A stretch of 63,849 nt of DNA, counting the filler, from Lama guanicoe (Eukaryota): assembly GCA_013239625.1 (NCBI GenBank). It is 209 parts of 209 records of this genome, joined end to end, with 100 filler letters (N's around TTAATTAATTAA, not from the genome) between each part and the next. Parts side by side here need not be neighbours in the genome. Positions count along the whole stretch, not along the records: positions 25,091 to 25,296 come from PNXV01033617.1; positions 25,397 to 25,602 come from PNXV01033618.1; positions 25,703 to 25,908 come from PNXV01033619.1; positions 26,009 to 26,214 come from PNXV01033620.1; positions 26,315 to 26,520 come from PNXV01033621.1; positions 26,621 to 26,826 come from PNXV01033622.1; positions 26,927 to 27,132 come from PNXV01033623.1; positions 27,233 to 27,438 come from PNXV01033624.1; 201 more parts are not named here. The stretch is one strand, 5' to 3'. A model generated the notes under the pieces. It was not told the DNA's origin, made no database searches, and worked only from the letters and a program-made list of their open reading frames with translations. Of the stretch, positions 25,196 to 38,148 are shown piece by piece. Each line of letters opens with the position of its first letter. Position 1 is the stretch's first letter. The position numbers and the translations under genes are program-made.

Positions 25196-27538
25196 AAGGC
25201 CTAGCCTCTGATGCGGGTTAACTGACCCCTGGAGAGAGACAGACTCGGGTGTCGCACATGCATGGACAGCTCTAAGCCCTTCAGTACAACGAGCCCNNNN
25301 NNNNNNNNNNNNNNNNNNNNNNNNNNNNNNNNNNNNNNNNTTAATTAATTAANNNNNNNNNNNNNNNNNNNNNNNNNNNNNNNNNNNNNNNNNNNNCATT
25401 CTATTCAAGGAGAAGGCGTGTTTGTGAGTTGCTGACTGTCACCCCCGGGCGTCAGGTCTCCGTGAAAGGTCTTCATTCTGCCTGTTGGGACCAGCGGGAC
25501 GATTCTCACTGCACCTCTGCCAGACGGGAGCGACTTTGCTCCGGGCTCCACCTCGTCACACAGCACCCTTTGCCCTGCAGGCTCCCAGGCTGGTTTGTTC
25601 CANNNNNNNNNNNNNNNNNNNNNNNNNNNNNNNNNNNNNNNNNNNNTTAATTAATTAANNNNNNNNNNNNNNNNNNNNNNNNNNNNNNNNNNNNNNNNNN
25701 NNACCTGCCCAAATAGTCAAAATTTCCAAAATAAAACCCGTCTTTTGAGTTCCCCGTTGGCTCTTGACTCTATAAGCTTTCAGGGCTTTCTTAAACAGCT
25801 CCAACAGTGCTTGAGGTAACAGAAACTGAAACAATACTTAGAGTAAACAAATAATCAACATCTAATTTCATGACTAGTTAAATCTCAGTTTCCTCTGTCT
25901 ATTATCTTNNNNNNNNNNNNNNNNNNNNNNNNNNNNNNNNNNNNNNNNNNNNTTAATTAATTAANNNNNNNNNNNNNNNNNNNNNNNNNNNNNNNNNNNN
26001 NNNNNNNNGGGGAGGAGCAGAAGGGAAGGTAAAGAAAGAGGAGGGCTGGAGCCTCATTACGTGAGGTCGTGGAGCCAGACTTATAGCAGGCTCTTCAAGT
26101 GTAAATGAATATTTCAGATTTTATTCTGAAGGCATTAAGGAGCCATCAGAGGGTTTTAAGCAGTAGAGAGATATTCATTCATTCATTCACTCATTCATAT
26201 TTTTAAAAGATCACNNNNNNNNNNNNNNNNNNNNNNNNNNNNNNNNNNNNNNNNNNNNTTAATTAATTAANNNNNNNNNNNNNNNNNNNNNNNNNNNNNN
26301 NNNNNNNNNNNNNNTACATCCTTCATCCTCAAAATGATAATGAACAGTGATCACATACGATCACGCACGACATGGTGTGCCCCACAGATTACTGGATTTA
26401 ACCTTCACAATATTCCTATGAACGTCATTCTATTATTGGTCTCTTCTACAAATAAGGAAACCAAGACTTATTAGAGGGGTTAAGTAATAAGCCCAAATAA
26501 CTAGAAAGTGGTAGATGTAGNNNNNNNNNNNNNNNNNNNNNNNNNNNNNNNNNNNNNNNNNNNNTTAATTAATTAANNNNNNNNNNNNNNNNNNNNNNNN
26601 NNNNNNNNNNNNNNNNNNNNGACTCACAAATGAGTAGGTTGATTTTTTCCTTCTATTTTCTCCAATAAACTGTGGAAATAGGCTTTAATTCTTCTTTAAA
26701 TATTTAGTAGAATTTTCCAGTGAAGCAATATGAGCCTGGTGACTTTTTTTCAGGAAGTTTTAATTGCAAATCCAGTATCTTATACGGTTATAGAACTATT
26801 CACATTATCTATTACATATTAGTTAANNNNNNNNNNNNNNNNNNNNNNNNNNNNNNNNNNNNNNNNNNNNTTAATTAATTAANNNNNNNNNNNNNNNNNN
26901 NNNNNNNNNNNNNNNNNNNNNNNNNNAAGACTCCACATATAAGTGATACCATGTAATATTCGTCTACAAATTCCCCTACCATGATAATTTCTAGGTTCAT
27001 CCATGTTGCTAGAAATGGCATATTTTAATAGATATTAAGATTGACAGTCTATTCTGGTCATTATGCATCAGGTAGCACGTCCTGTCCACTTTGTTGTTGC
27101 TCTCTTAGTTATCAGATGTTTATTTCTTCTAANNNNNNNNNNNNNNNNNNNNNNNNNNNNNNNNNNNNNNNNNNNNTTAATTAATTAANNNNNNNNNNNN
27201 NNNNNNNNNNNNNNNNNNNNNNNNNNNNNNNNCCGAGAAGCTTTGCGGCAAGTAAAGTTAACTGCTCACTGCACAGCCTTGTGTCCAGGCTATAAGGAAA
27301 GCATGTCTCAGGCCAAATTCTACCATGAATATAGATATGTATTTGCTACACATGCATTAGAAAGTAAGGAGGGAAGAACAGCTCTCATACATACTCACGC
27401 ATACTCAAGTCCCTTTCCACCTTGCATGGAGGGTTCACNNNNNNNNNNNNNNNNNNNNNNNNNNNNNNNNNNNNNNNNNNNNTTAATTAATTAANNNNNN
27501 NNNNNNNNNNNNNNNNNNNNNNNNNNNNNNNNNNNNNN

Positions 27539-27618
27539 TACTGCTGCCCGGGGAGCTGGCCAAGCACGCCGTGTCCGAGGGCACCAAAGCCGTCACCAAG
27601 TACACCAGCGCCAAGTAA
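27539..27618 (+). CDS. H2B: Replication-dependent histone H2B, C-terminal fragment with stop codon
   Basis: From 27541 translates LLPGELAKHAVSEGTKAVTKYTSAK*, the H2B C-terminus; TAA at 27616..27618. The paralog cannot be determined from this fragment. Confidence 0.98.
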
Positions 27619-27655
27619 GCCCGTTCAGTAAGTGTCTTCAAAACCTAACCCCAAA

Positions 27656-27671
27656 GGCTCTTTTAAGAGCC
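27656..27671 (+). promoter_or_regulatory. Histone mRNA 3' stem-loop (SLBP site)
   Basis: GGCTCT-TTTA-AGAGCC (6-bp stem, 4-nt loop), preceded by CCAAA and followed by AC, 37 nt after the stop. Confidence 0.97.
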
Positions 27672-27684
27672 ACTAAATTGTCGG

Positions 27685-27696
27685 TAGAAGAGCTGT
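27685..27696 (+). promoter_or_regulatory. Histone downstream element (U7 snRNA pairing site)
   Basis: Purine-rich tagaAGAGCTGT about 15 nt after the stem-loop, complementary to the U7 5' sequence ACAGCUCUUU. Confidence 0.9.
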
Positions 27697-30600
27697 GTAT
27701 ACGTATTCTGAATGTAAATTTAAGCTTAAGTGAGAATTCCATTANNNNNNNNNNNNNNNNNNNNNNNNNNNNNNNNNNNNNNNNNNNNTTAATTAATTAA
27801 NNNNNNNNNNNNNNNNNNNNNNNNNNNNNNNNNNNNNNNNNNNNCATCCCTGCCGTAAGCCCCACAGTGTGGGTGCCTTGCGTCCCCGTGGTCATGAGAG
27901 CTCTTTCCAGGACTGCTCTTTGGGGGGAGTTAGAGAGGGGATGCAGTATTTGCTTACAGAAGGGCTTTTATATCACAAATAATAAGATCTCTTGTGCAGA
28001 CTTTTAAAAGAAAAAGAAAGTCAGTTGAATTTAAAGGACCAGAACACTGTNNNNNNNNNNNNNNNNNNNNNNNNNNNNNNNNNNNNNNNNNNNNTTAATT
28101 AATTAANNNNNNNNNNNNNNNNNNNNNNNNNNNNNNNNNNNNNNNNNNNNATTATTTATGAAGAAACTCAAGGATCAGCTTCCTAATCTCATATCTTCAA
28201 TGTCTGAAAGGGTAAGAAAGGATCCCTCAATTTGCACGCTTTGCTTTTTTTCAACCGTGACTTCTAGTTGCTAAACTTCTGGAGATAAAGATGGTGAATT
28301 TCTTCGTGCAGGGGGGACGGTTTGCTGTCAAGGGGACATGACTATCTTGCAAGGCCNNNNNNNNNNNNNNNNNNNNNNNNNNNNNNNNNNNNNNNNNNNN
28401 TTAATTAATTAANNNNNNNNNNNNNNNNNNNNNNNNNNNNNNNNNNNNNNNNNNNNAGGCAGTCTTTATTGAACCATGAGGAAGGAGGGAGATCTGGTCT
28501 GAATTCCTGTGCAAGTGGAAATGTTAAATGTTTGATCTCCTGCATTATATCCATAACATTCCAAAAATAAGATCTGTAAAGTCAATCTCACGTAAATCTC
28601 TCTGAGCCATTTGACGGCATTTAAACGGCGCTCTGGACACATGCATTTTTTGGTCCTCACTTNNNNNNNNNNNNNNNNNNNNNNNNNNNNNNNNNNNNNN
28701 NNNNNNTTAATTAATTAANNNNNNNNNNNNNNNNNNNNNNNNNNNNNNNNNNNNNNNNNNNNTTGGCCAGGGTGATGAAGCATCTGAGTTTCTCTGTGGA
28801 ATAATTTTTTTTAATGGAAAAGATAAAATACATAGGATTATAAAAGTCACCAATCATATTGAACCATAATTATTAAAATTTTTTTTTTCAATTTGTCACA
28901 TCATAGTATGTATGCTTCTTTAGAACATGTTAAATAGCAAGACATAGTGGCAGGTCTAATAACTGCTGNNNNNNNNNNNNNNNNNNNNNNNNNNNNNNNN
29001 NNNNNNNNNNNNTTAATTAATTAANNNNNNNNNNNNNNNNNNNNNNNNNNNNNNNNNNNNNNNNNNNNAATAGATATTGATCATTTAATAACTTCAATAT
29101 CACAACATTCCACTGAGCTAAATATATGCTTCCTGTGCTTATTTCATTCAATAATTATATAATAAAATGCAATGAGAAATCCAATGATAATTCTGCAGTA
29201 AAGAACATGTTTTATTTATAAATAGAATCCAATCCTGAAACTACAAGTTATAACCTTTAACTAAGTTTTCAAGANNNNNNNNNNNNNNNNNNNNNNNNNN
29301 NNNNNNNNNNNNNNNNNNTTAATTAATTAANNNNNNNNNNNNNNNNNNNNNNNNNNNNNNNNNNNNNNNNNNNNATCACAAATCTTGATACAAAAAACTG
29401 GTAACATTAATTACGCGTGCGCGCGTGTGTGTGTTTTATTTTGCGTTTTTTAGCGAAAGGGCTGGACTTTGGACTTCTAATTCACAAACTCAGAGAGACA
29501 ACACTGAGATAACCCACACGCTCAGAAGCCAGAGTACTTGAGGTCAAATCTCGGGTCATTCCACTCCTCTGTGTTTTGCTNNNNNNNNNNNNNNNNNNNN
29601 NNNNNNNNNNNNNNNNNNNNNNNNTTAATTAATTAANNNNNNNNNNNNNNNNNNNNNNNNNNNNNNNNNNNNNNNNNNNNTGCTTGATCAAACAGTAGGT
29701 CTCAAATCACTTTCCAAAATGCTTCAAGATCATGTGCATACTTGTCCTAACAGTACTAAACAAAATGAAAAGCAATTCAATTATAATTCTCTGGGGCCAC
29801 CTTGATCTAAGAAAAACACCTTCAGAGAGCCATGCACTGTAATAACCTTCTTCCAAAGTTCTTCCAATGAGGAATTAACTTAGAAGNNNNNNNNNNNNNN
29901 NNNNNNNNNNNNNNNNNNNNNNNNNNNNNNTTAATTAATTAANNNNNNNNNNNNNNNNNNNNNNNNNNNNNNNNNNNNNNNNNNNNTGAGCACTGTGTCC
30001 TGTCAGGTCGGGTCCTTCTCTCTACCATGCAGTCGTGGCATCCAGTTCTAACTGGCTTCTTTGCTGGCATTTACTTAGAGAAAGTAAAACTCTTTGACGT
30101 CTCCTATCCTGAGCGCAGGGGTACCATTACATTCCGGATTGTACCCTCCCCCTTCCTCTCCCCTTTGCCTAGTGCCCATTCCTATCTAACTGNNNNNNNN
30201 NNNNNNNNNNNNNNNNNNNNNNNNNNNNNNNNNNNNTTAATTAATTAANNNNNNNNNNNNNNNNNNNNNNNNNNNNNNNNNNNNNNNNNNNNAAAGAATC
30301 CTTAAAACTCGTAGAAAAACACAACAACACAATAGAAAATCGAGTAAAGGATATAAACGGCAACTGAAGAGAAGAATGACCAAAGAACAAGCGAAAAGAT
30401 GTTAACACTTTACACTCACCAGAAAGGTAAAGCCTCAAAAGTGTGACAACACACATTAGCAAGGATGCTGAGAACTAGGGACTCTAGCATACTGCTTANN
30501 NNNNNNNNNNNNNNNNNNNNNNNNNNNNNNNNNNNNNNNNNNTTAATTAATTAANNNNNNNNNNNNNNNNNNNNNNNNNNNNNNNNNNNNNNNNNNNNCA

Positions 30601-33600
30601 AGAGACATCTCCCACTGCTACTTTAAGTAGAATATTTTCCCTAAGCAACTCTTCCATAACTGTCACCACTGCACCTAACATAAGCTGCATTCTGAAGCGC
30701 TTTGTATCTTTCACCATGCAGTAGGGCGTTTTGATCTGAAATTTAAAATTCTTTGAAAAGGGTACTGGTGTCTTATGTGTATCTGTTGGCTAAACTTATA
30801 GTTGNNNNNNNNNNNNNNNNNNNNNNNNNNNNNNNNNNNNNNNNNNNNTTAATTAATTAANNNNNNNNNNNNNNNNNNNNNNNNNNNNNNNNNNNNNNNN
30901 NNNNTGGTAGGTCAGGTGAGGGTGGTGGGACTCGGTGACTTAGGATATCTGGGGTCCATTCACATCTCTGAGTGATGGGCCTGATTTGGGAGACACAGGG
31001 AGACTTTACCCCCGGACCAGGTGCCCTGGGCAAGACGGCTATGAGAGGAGCACCGTGAAGTCAGCTCTTTGCTGGTGGAGTTGGAGGTGCCATTGAGACA
31101 TCTAAGTGCANNNNNNNNNNNNNNNNNNNNNNNNNNNNNNNNNNNNNNNNNNNNTTAATTAATTAANNNNNNNNNNNNNNNNNNNNNNNNNNNNNNNNNN
31201 NNNNNNNNNNGCATTTGTCCCATATGCAAAAAGGGAAAACACTGGGCTAAGGACTGCTGATCTAAAACAGATATTAATGGGCAGCATCTTTCACCCCAGC
31301 AGGGAAACTGGGTGAGGGGCCAGCCCCAGGCCCCAAAGCAATGTTATGGGACAATCCAAGGCCAGAGTGTAGAGGCCCAAAATCCATTTCTTCCAAACAA
31401 ACCGTCTCAGATTTGTNNNNNNNNNNNNNNNNNNNNNNNNNNNNNNNNNNNNNNNNNNNNTTAATTAATTAANNNNNNNNNNNNNNNNNNNNNNNNNNNN
31501 NNNNNNNNNNNNNNNNTTGCATAGGAAAACCGAGTTGGTGCTAGTACGTTGCCATATATATGAAAACAGCATAGTTTCCCTAGTCCAGAAATTCTGGGTT
31601 CCCAACAAGCTTGGTGAAGTATGGCCTCCGCACTTATACAGATCTGAAAATAGAGCATGTGGAGTGGCGTTCGTTCATCCAGCATAAAAGGCAGAGTGAC
31701 ATGTAGAAACACATTCTCTGATNNNNNNNNNNNNNNNNNNNNNNNNNNNNNNNNNNNNNNNNNNNNTTAATTAATTAANNNNNNNNNNNNNNNNNNNNNN
31801 NNNNNNNNNNNNNNNNNNNNNNGGCCCTCCACACTGGAAAGAACAGTGGGGCCAAGCCTTGTCACCACGAACCAAGGGCCAGGGGAACGCCAGGGAGATC
31901 AACAATGTGTGGAACGGGAAAACGTGTGAAAACCAGAGATCCCTGGAGCCCATTCAGCCCAAGGAAAGGAGGATGCCAGGCTTTCAAATAAAAGTCCTTG
32001 CTGGCCTCTGGATTTGCCTTTTAGTCCANNNNNNNNNNNNNNNNNNNNNNNNNNNNNNNNNNNNNNNNNNNNTTAATTAATTAANNNNNNNNNNNNNNNN
32101 NNNNNNNNNNNNNNNNNNNNNNNNNNNNGTCACCTGTGGTAACAGAAAGAGCAGATGGATTCTGGCAGGATTACTCAAGTGATAGAATCAGCTGATCTGG
32201 GGGTGGATTTGCTCTGTAGGGCACGGTGGTGGAGATCAGACATGAGCCCCAAGTTCCCTGCCTGGCCATGAGAGATGGATGACACGGGGAGACCCTCAGA
32301 ATGGAAGCATGTGTGATGGAAAGCCAAGATTTCANNNNNNNNNNNNNNNNNNNNNNNNNNNNNNNNNNNNNNNNNNNNTTAATTAATTAANNNNNNNNNN
32401 NNNNNNNNNNNNNNNNNNNNNNNNNNNNNNNNNNATGAAATCCCTAATAATAACTATTGTTAACTCTATCAAGTACAATCTCCAGAAGTTAAGGAAAATT
32501 GCTAACTATGTAATTTGTCTTTCCTGTGTCCTCCAAAACAACCAAATACTTCGGTAATTGATAAAAATGTTACTTTTTAATTATATGAGCGTTTTTGAAA
32601 TGACTGATTTATTATTCAGTATTGGTTTTGTTAGTGGAAANNNNNNNNNNNNNNNNNNNNNNNNNNNNNNNNNNNNNNNNNNNNTTAATTAATTAANNNN
32701 NNNNNNNNNNNNNNNNNNNNNNNNNNNNNNNNNNNNNNNNCAAGAGAAATTGAGGAATTTCTCATTCAGGATTTTGGCTGATAATGTTACATTTCTGGAA
32801 TACCTTTGGAAATGCTCCCTTGAAGAGGAGGCTGTTTGGCATGAAAGACAAGAATGTGACCAAGCACTAAATGTATTGGACTAAATGTCAGTGCTTCTGA
32901 TGACCTTGGATAAAGCACTTCATTTCCCCAAAGCCTTAACTTTTCCNNNNNNNNNNNNNNNNNNNNNNNNNNNNNNNNNNNNNNNNNNNNTTAATTAATT
33001 AANNNNNNNNNNNNNNNNNNNNNNNNNNNNNNNNNNNNNNNNNNNNTACTCATTCAACAAGTACAGTAAAGATTTGTTCGACTTTACATTTTTCAAAAAT
33101 ACCTATTGAGTGCATATCCACCAAAGATTGTGTCCTGGTCTGTAAAAGATGCCAGGAAGCCCCCATACACAGCTCATACGCTTTCAACCATATTGTTCAG
33201 TTCGACTTTTGCACACTGAGACTTCATTCGTGTTTTCCGTAAGACAGGACTTNNNNNNNNNNNNNNNNNNNNNNNNNNNNNNNNNNNNNNNNNNNNTTAA
33301 TTAATTAANNNNNNNNNNNNNNNNNNNNNNNNNNNNNNNNNNNNNNNNNNNNTCACAGGTTAATTGATCAAATGTGTGCACTTATTGCTGGGCTTTCTCT
33401 TGCATTCCATTGGTTTTTGTGGCTGACTGTGTGCCATGATCATCCTGTTTGATTGGTGACAATTATTTTTTGAATGTTTTCAGAATTCTTCCATGAACGT
33501 TCTGGACCGGAGCTTTTCTTGTTGGGAAGTTTTTTTATTCTGATTTCACTCTTCTTCTNNNNNNNNNNNNNNNNNNNNNNNNNNNNNNNNNNNNNNNNNN

Positions 33601-33804
33601 NNTTAATTAATTAANNNNNNNNNNNNNNNNNNNNNNNNNNNNNNNNNNNNNNNNNNNNAATTCAAAACAGCTTAAATGAAAACAGTGTGAACTGTGTATA
33701 TATATGCATATTTACCATGTTAACTCATGTGTCTGTGGCTTTGATTAGGGTATCAAAGCCATTCACAGTTTTACAGACTTAACTTTTCTTTATTCTAGTT
33801 GCAG

Positions 33805-33864
33805 AGCTCCCCAGGACCAGACTGACTATGAGAACAGCCTAGCCATGAAGGTGTTCTTGTTCCA
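33805..33864 (+). pseudogene. ANO6: Anoctamin-6 (TMEM16F)-like exon 5' part with a 1-bp deletion; possible pseudogene copy or null allele
   Basis: Polypyrimidine tract plus ttgcag acceptor (ends 33804), then (E)LPRT-[ag]-TDYENSLAMKVFLF(Q), against recalled ANO6 ELPRTQTDYENSLTMKMFLFQ. The CAG codon lacks its C at about 33818-33819. Confidence 0.82.
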
Positions 33865-35494
33865 NNNNNNNNNNNNNNNNNNNNNNNNNNNNNNNNNNNN
33901 NNNNNNNNTTAATTAATTAANNNNNNNNNNNNNNNNNNNNNNNNNNNNNNNNNNNNNNNNNNNNGAGTATCTGGTCAGGTGTCAAAGATTGTTTATAGTT
34001 GACAATTAAGAGGATTTACCTTGGCTGGTTTCTTCCGCATAGATGAAGGGAACCAAACGTGCTTTCATTAGCTGTGCTAGACTTTTTGGCCAACTATCAA
34101 AAGCAATGTATTATTAAGTAAGTAAAAGAATTCCTCTGATCTTAGTTCTTATCTCTTGGAAAAAAAGAGANNNNNNNNNNNNNNNNNNNNNNNNNNNNNN
34201 NNNNNNNNNNNNNNTTAATTAATTAANNNNNNNNNNNNNNNNNNNNNNNNNNNNNNNNNNNNNNNNNNNNTAGTGTAAAGCAATGCAGCATGAGCGTGTG
34301 CTGAGGAGGAGAGAGCCTGCCGTGCACCAGGCTCACGTGTGCGATCTCATTTAGCCTTTACAGCGGCCCTGTAAGGTACTGTTCCTCCCGTTTTGCAGCT
34401 GAGAAAGCAGACCGGAGACCAGAAACCTTGCCAAGGTCAGAGTGCACCTAAATCTAAGCACACCAGAAAAAAAAAANNNNNNNNNNNNNNNNNNNNNNNN
34501 NNNNNNNNNNNNNNNNNNNNTTAATTAATTAANNNNNNNNNNNNNNNNNNNNNNNNNNNNNNNNNNNNNNNNNNNNGCATCTCCCCGTGGAGCAAGTGTG
34601 CGTTACTGGCCCAGGTACCTTGTCTGTGGGTCCCTTTGCTCAAAACCTCAGCTCTGGTCCTCATAATCAAACCATCAGTGAGGAAGGCTGATGTGCTGAG
34701 AGAGACTGGATACGTGAATATTACATAATCCATGGCTCAGGCAATGTGGTCTTTCATTCCACTTGGATGCAACTCCATCTCTNNNNNNNNNNNNNNNNNN
34801 NNNNNNNNNNNNNNNNNNNNNNNNNNTTAATTAATTAANNNNNNNNNNNNNNNNNNNNNNNNNNNNNNNNNNNNNNNNNNNNCAGTTTGTGCCTGGCAGC
34901 CACAGGGCCTCTGTGTGTAGAACCAACCATGGACTGGACCTTGTCCAGAACCAGGGCATGGCTAGTTCATTACTCCCTTGGTGGCCAAGCCTGAGTGGGA
35001 GTCCCATTCTGTGTGCCCCTATCAAGCTGTTGCCCCTCAGGCCAGCACCAAGTCACTGGACCATCTCTGGGGCACATGTGGAATCAAGNNNNNNNNNNNN
35101 NNNNNNNNNNNNNNNNNNNNNNNNNNNNNNNNTTAATTAATTAANNNNNNNNNNNNNNNNNNNNNNNNNNNNNNNNNNNNNNNNNNNNCGAAACCCAAGC
35201 CTCTGCAGACTTTCAGGCCCCGTCACCTTCCTGGCTGCGGAGGACACAAGGCCGCAGCAGCACAGAGCAGAGCTTTCACCCCTTTAACAGCAGCGTGCAC
35301 GTGCGCTCGACTGTGAGTCGCTGTGCACGAGCAGCCCTAACTCGAGGGCTGCTCCCCTCCTCCCCCTGGAGCCTGCGGGAATCCCAGGCTCCGGNNNNNN
35401 NNNNNNNNNNNNNNNNNNNNNNNNNNNNNNNNNNNNNNTTAATTAATTAANNNNNNNNNNNNNNNNNNNNNNNNNNNNNNNNNNNNNNNNNNNN

Positions 35495-35700
35495 AAATAT
35501 CTGAAGGAAATGATATCACTATGTTGAAGAGCCATCTGCACCCCCATGTTCGCTGCAGCAATATTTACAATAGCCAAGACATGAAAGCAATATAAGTGTC
35601 CATCAACAGATGAATGGATAAGGAAGACATGGTAAGTACGTACAGTGGAAAACTACTTAGCCATTAAAAAGAAGAAAAATTTTTGCCATTGCAACAACAT
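35495..35700 (+). mobile_element. LINE-1 ORF2 C-terminal fragment
   Basis: catctgcacccccatgttcgctgcagcaatatttacaatagccaagac (CTPMF.AA.FTIAK) ... aagtgtccatcaacagatgaatggata. Confidence 0.92.
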
Positions 35701-35800
35701 NNNNNNNNNNNNNNNNNNNNNNNNNNNNNNNNNNNNNNNNNNNNTTAATTAATTAANNNNNNNNNNNNNNNNNNNNNNNNNNNNNNNNNNNNNNNNNNNN

Positions 35801-36006
35801 ATATATAGTAGTTAGTATCTGTGAATCCCAAACTCCCAATTTATCCCTCTCCGACTTTCCCCGCTCCAGTAACCATAACTTTGTTTTCTATGTCTGTGAG
35901 TCTGTTTCTGTTCTGTAAATAATTTCGTGTGTGTTTTTATTTAGATTCCAAATATGAGTGATATCATGTGGTATTTTTCTTTCTCTTTTTGCCTTACTTC
36001 ACTTAG
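35801..36006 (-). mobile_element. LINE-1 3' UTR fragment
   Basis: aactcccaatttatccc...gtaaccataactttgttttctatgtctgtgagtctgtttctg...ttagattcca. Confidence 0.9.
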
Positions 36007-37942
36007 NNNNNNNNNNNNNNNNNNNNNNNNNNNNNNNNNNNNNNNNNNNNTTAATTAATTAANNNNNNNNNNNNNNNNNNNNNNNNNNNNNNNNNNNNNN
36101 NNNNNNATCACAGTGAGACAGCTCAGAGGGGAGGAATCAGGCAGAGGGAAAGTGGCATTTTTCCTGATGTGAAACTGTCTTGTTCACAACCCTCCATCTG
36201 AGTGTCCCCCTCACAGCTCTGCAATCAACTGAGATTCTCCTACTGTGAAATTAGAGGGTGGATATCATAAAATACGAAGATTTTAAAATTCTTCAGGAAC
36301 TAAATTTTATATNNNNNNNNNNNNNNNNNNNNNNNNNNNNNNNNNNNNNNNNNNNNTTAATTAATTAANNNNNNNNNNNNNNNNNNNNNNNNNNNNNNNN
36401 NNNNNNNNNNNNAGATTATAGAAGCAACCAAATTTTACTTTATTCTTAGTATCTCCAAAACATCAAGCTAAAGTGACTTTGAAATAATTTTTCCGTTTCC
36501 ATCTGGATATGTTGTTTTCATAGATTCAGCCTCTGTCATAGTCTATGATTCCACTCCCCTCATAATCCCCAAAGCCTGAACTTACATTATGTACTAACAA
36601 TATAAAATCAGCACACTTNNNNNNNNNNNNNNNNNNNNNNNNNNNNNNNNNNNNNNNNNNNNTTAATTAATTAANNNNNNNNNNNNNNNNNNNNNNNNNN
36701 NNNNNNNNNNNNNNNNNNGAAGATGCGTATCTTGATTTTTTAAATTAATTTCAAAGATTCTGTTTTTCAAACGGTGCTGAGATTGTTTTTAACTACACAA
36801 CCAAACAAAACATCCATTCTGTTGTTCAGAAGCTGCAGGTGGTCAATTTGTCTCTGATTGCAGACATTTGTATCACACATAATAAGCTCTCAGTACATTT
36901 GTTTGTCTACTGTTATTACTTCACNNNNNNNNNNNNNNNNNNNNNNNNNNNNNNNNNNNNNNNNNNNNTTAATTAATTAANNNNNNNNNNNNNNNNNNNN
37001 NNNNNNNNNNNNNNNNNNNNNNNNGACCAGCGGCCACCAGGACCCCGGCCTCGCTCTGCTCCCAGGCAGGGGGTGTCAGGAGCCGTCAGGACACCCCCCT
37101 CACCGTGCGGTGTTGGCTGAGTCACCCCGTCCTCAGCCTCGGGGAATAGGGGCCGAGATCATGACGCTGGGGAGAAAGGAATGCCCGCCACCCGCCCGTG
37201 CCCTCTGCCCGGAGCCCGTGCCCTGAACTGNNNNNNNNNNNNNNNNNNNNNNNNNNNNNNNNNNNNNNNNNNNNTTAATTAATTAANNNNNNNNNNNNNN
37301 NNNNNNNNNNNNNNNNNNNNNNNNNNNNNNTGGACAGACATTGGTTCATCGAGCACAAAGTGAACAGGTTGCAGGAGAATACTTACTCTGAGTTCTCAGT
37401 CTGTTTCCTTGTGCCGGTTTGCAGTTCCTGCAGTTTTCATTGTAAAACAGTTTTGAAGCGTGAACCTCCCCATATATATGTATGTAGTGGAGTTTTCAAC
37501 TGATGAGAAATTTTGTGTTCCCAACAAGCTAGATGANNNNNNNNNNNNNNNNNNNNNNNNNNNNNNNNNNNNNNNNNNNNTTAATTAATTAANNNNNNNN
37601 NNNNNNNNNNNNNNNNNNNNNNNNNNNNNNNNNNNNCTGCATTTTCCAGCAGGGCAAGTTCTCATAGGAAAGGCAGAGGTGCAAGCGAAAATTTCTCAGC
37701 TTCCTCAGACCTCTACCCAGAACTGGGACATCTCCCTTTCCACCTCACTGGGCCAGCAGAAGCCCAGTCTGGACATGCTCATGTGGCAAATAGCAAGGAT
37801 TCAGGAAGAGAAGGCAGCTTGGGGCACTGATACAGTCAATCANNNNNNNNNNNNNNNNNNNNNNNNNNNNNNNNNNNNNNNNNNNNTTAATTAATTAANN
37901 NNNNNNNNNNNNNNNNNNNNNNNNNNNNNNNNNNNNNNNNNN

Positions 37943-38148
37943 CACAACTCAGGCTCAGGAAGGAATACCATAATCACAGAGGTCCTTCCCAAGGAGTAAG
38001 GGGTCAAAGACCCATACTGGGCCCAGGGGTCGTGCACTAGGAAGATGTGTCCCAAGAGCCTCTGGCTTTGAAAACCAACAGGGCTTATGTTCAGGTGAGC
38101 TGGAGAGCTGTAGGAAACAGAAATTCTGATCTTAAAGGGCATGTGCAA
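37943..38148 (+). mobile_element. Probable older LINE-1 5' region fragment
   Basis: gaggtccttcccaaggag...ctggctttgaaaaccaacagggctt...ctgtaggaaacagaaattctgatcttaaaggg resembles recalled laurasiatherian L1 5' UTRs. Confidence 0.5.

Noticed and set aside
36109..36150. CACAGTG as a V(D)J recombination signal (similar heptamers near 2600, 7180 and 27862)
   Set aside because: No ACAAAAACC-like nonamer at 12 or 23 bp spacing and no recognisable V, D or J sequence.
37381..37433. Minus-strand 41-nt microexon between ctgcAG and GTAAGT
   Set aside because: The donor is good, but the acceptor lacks a polypyrimidine tract and no frame gives a recognisable peptide.
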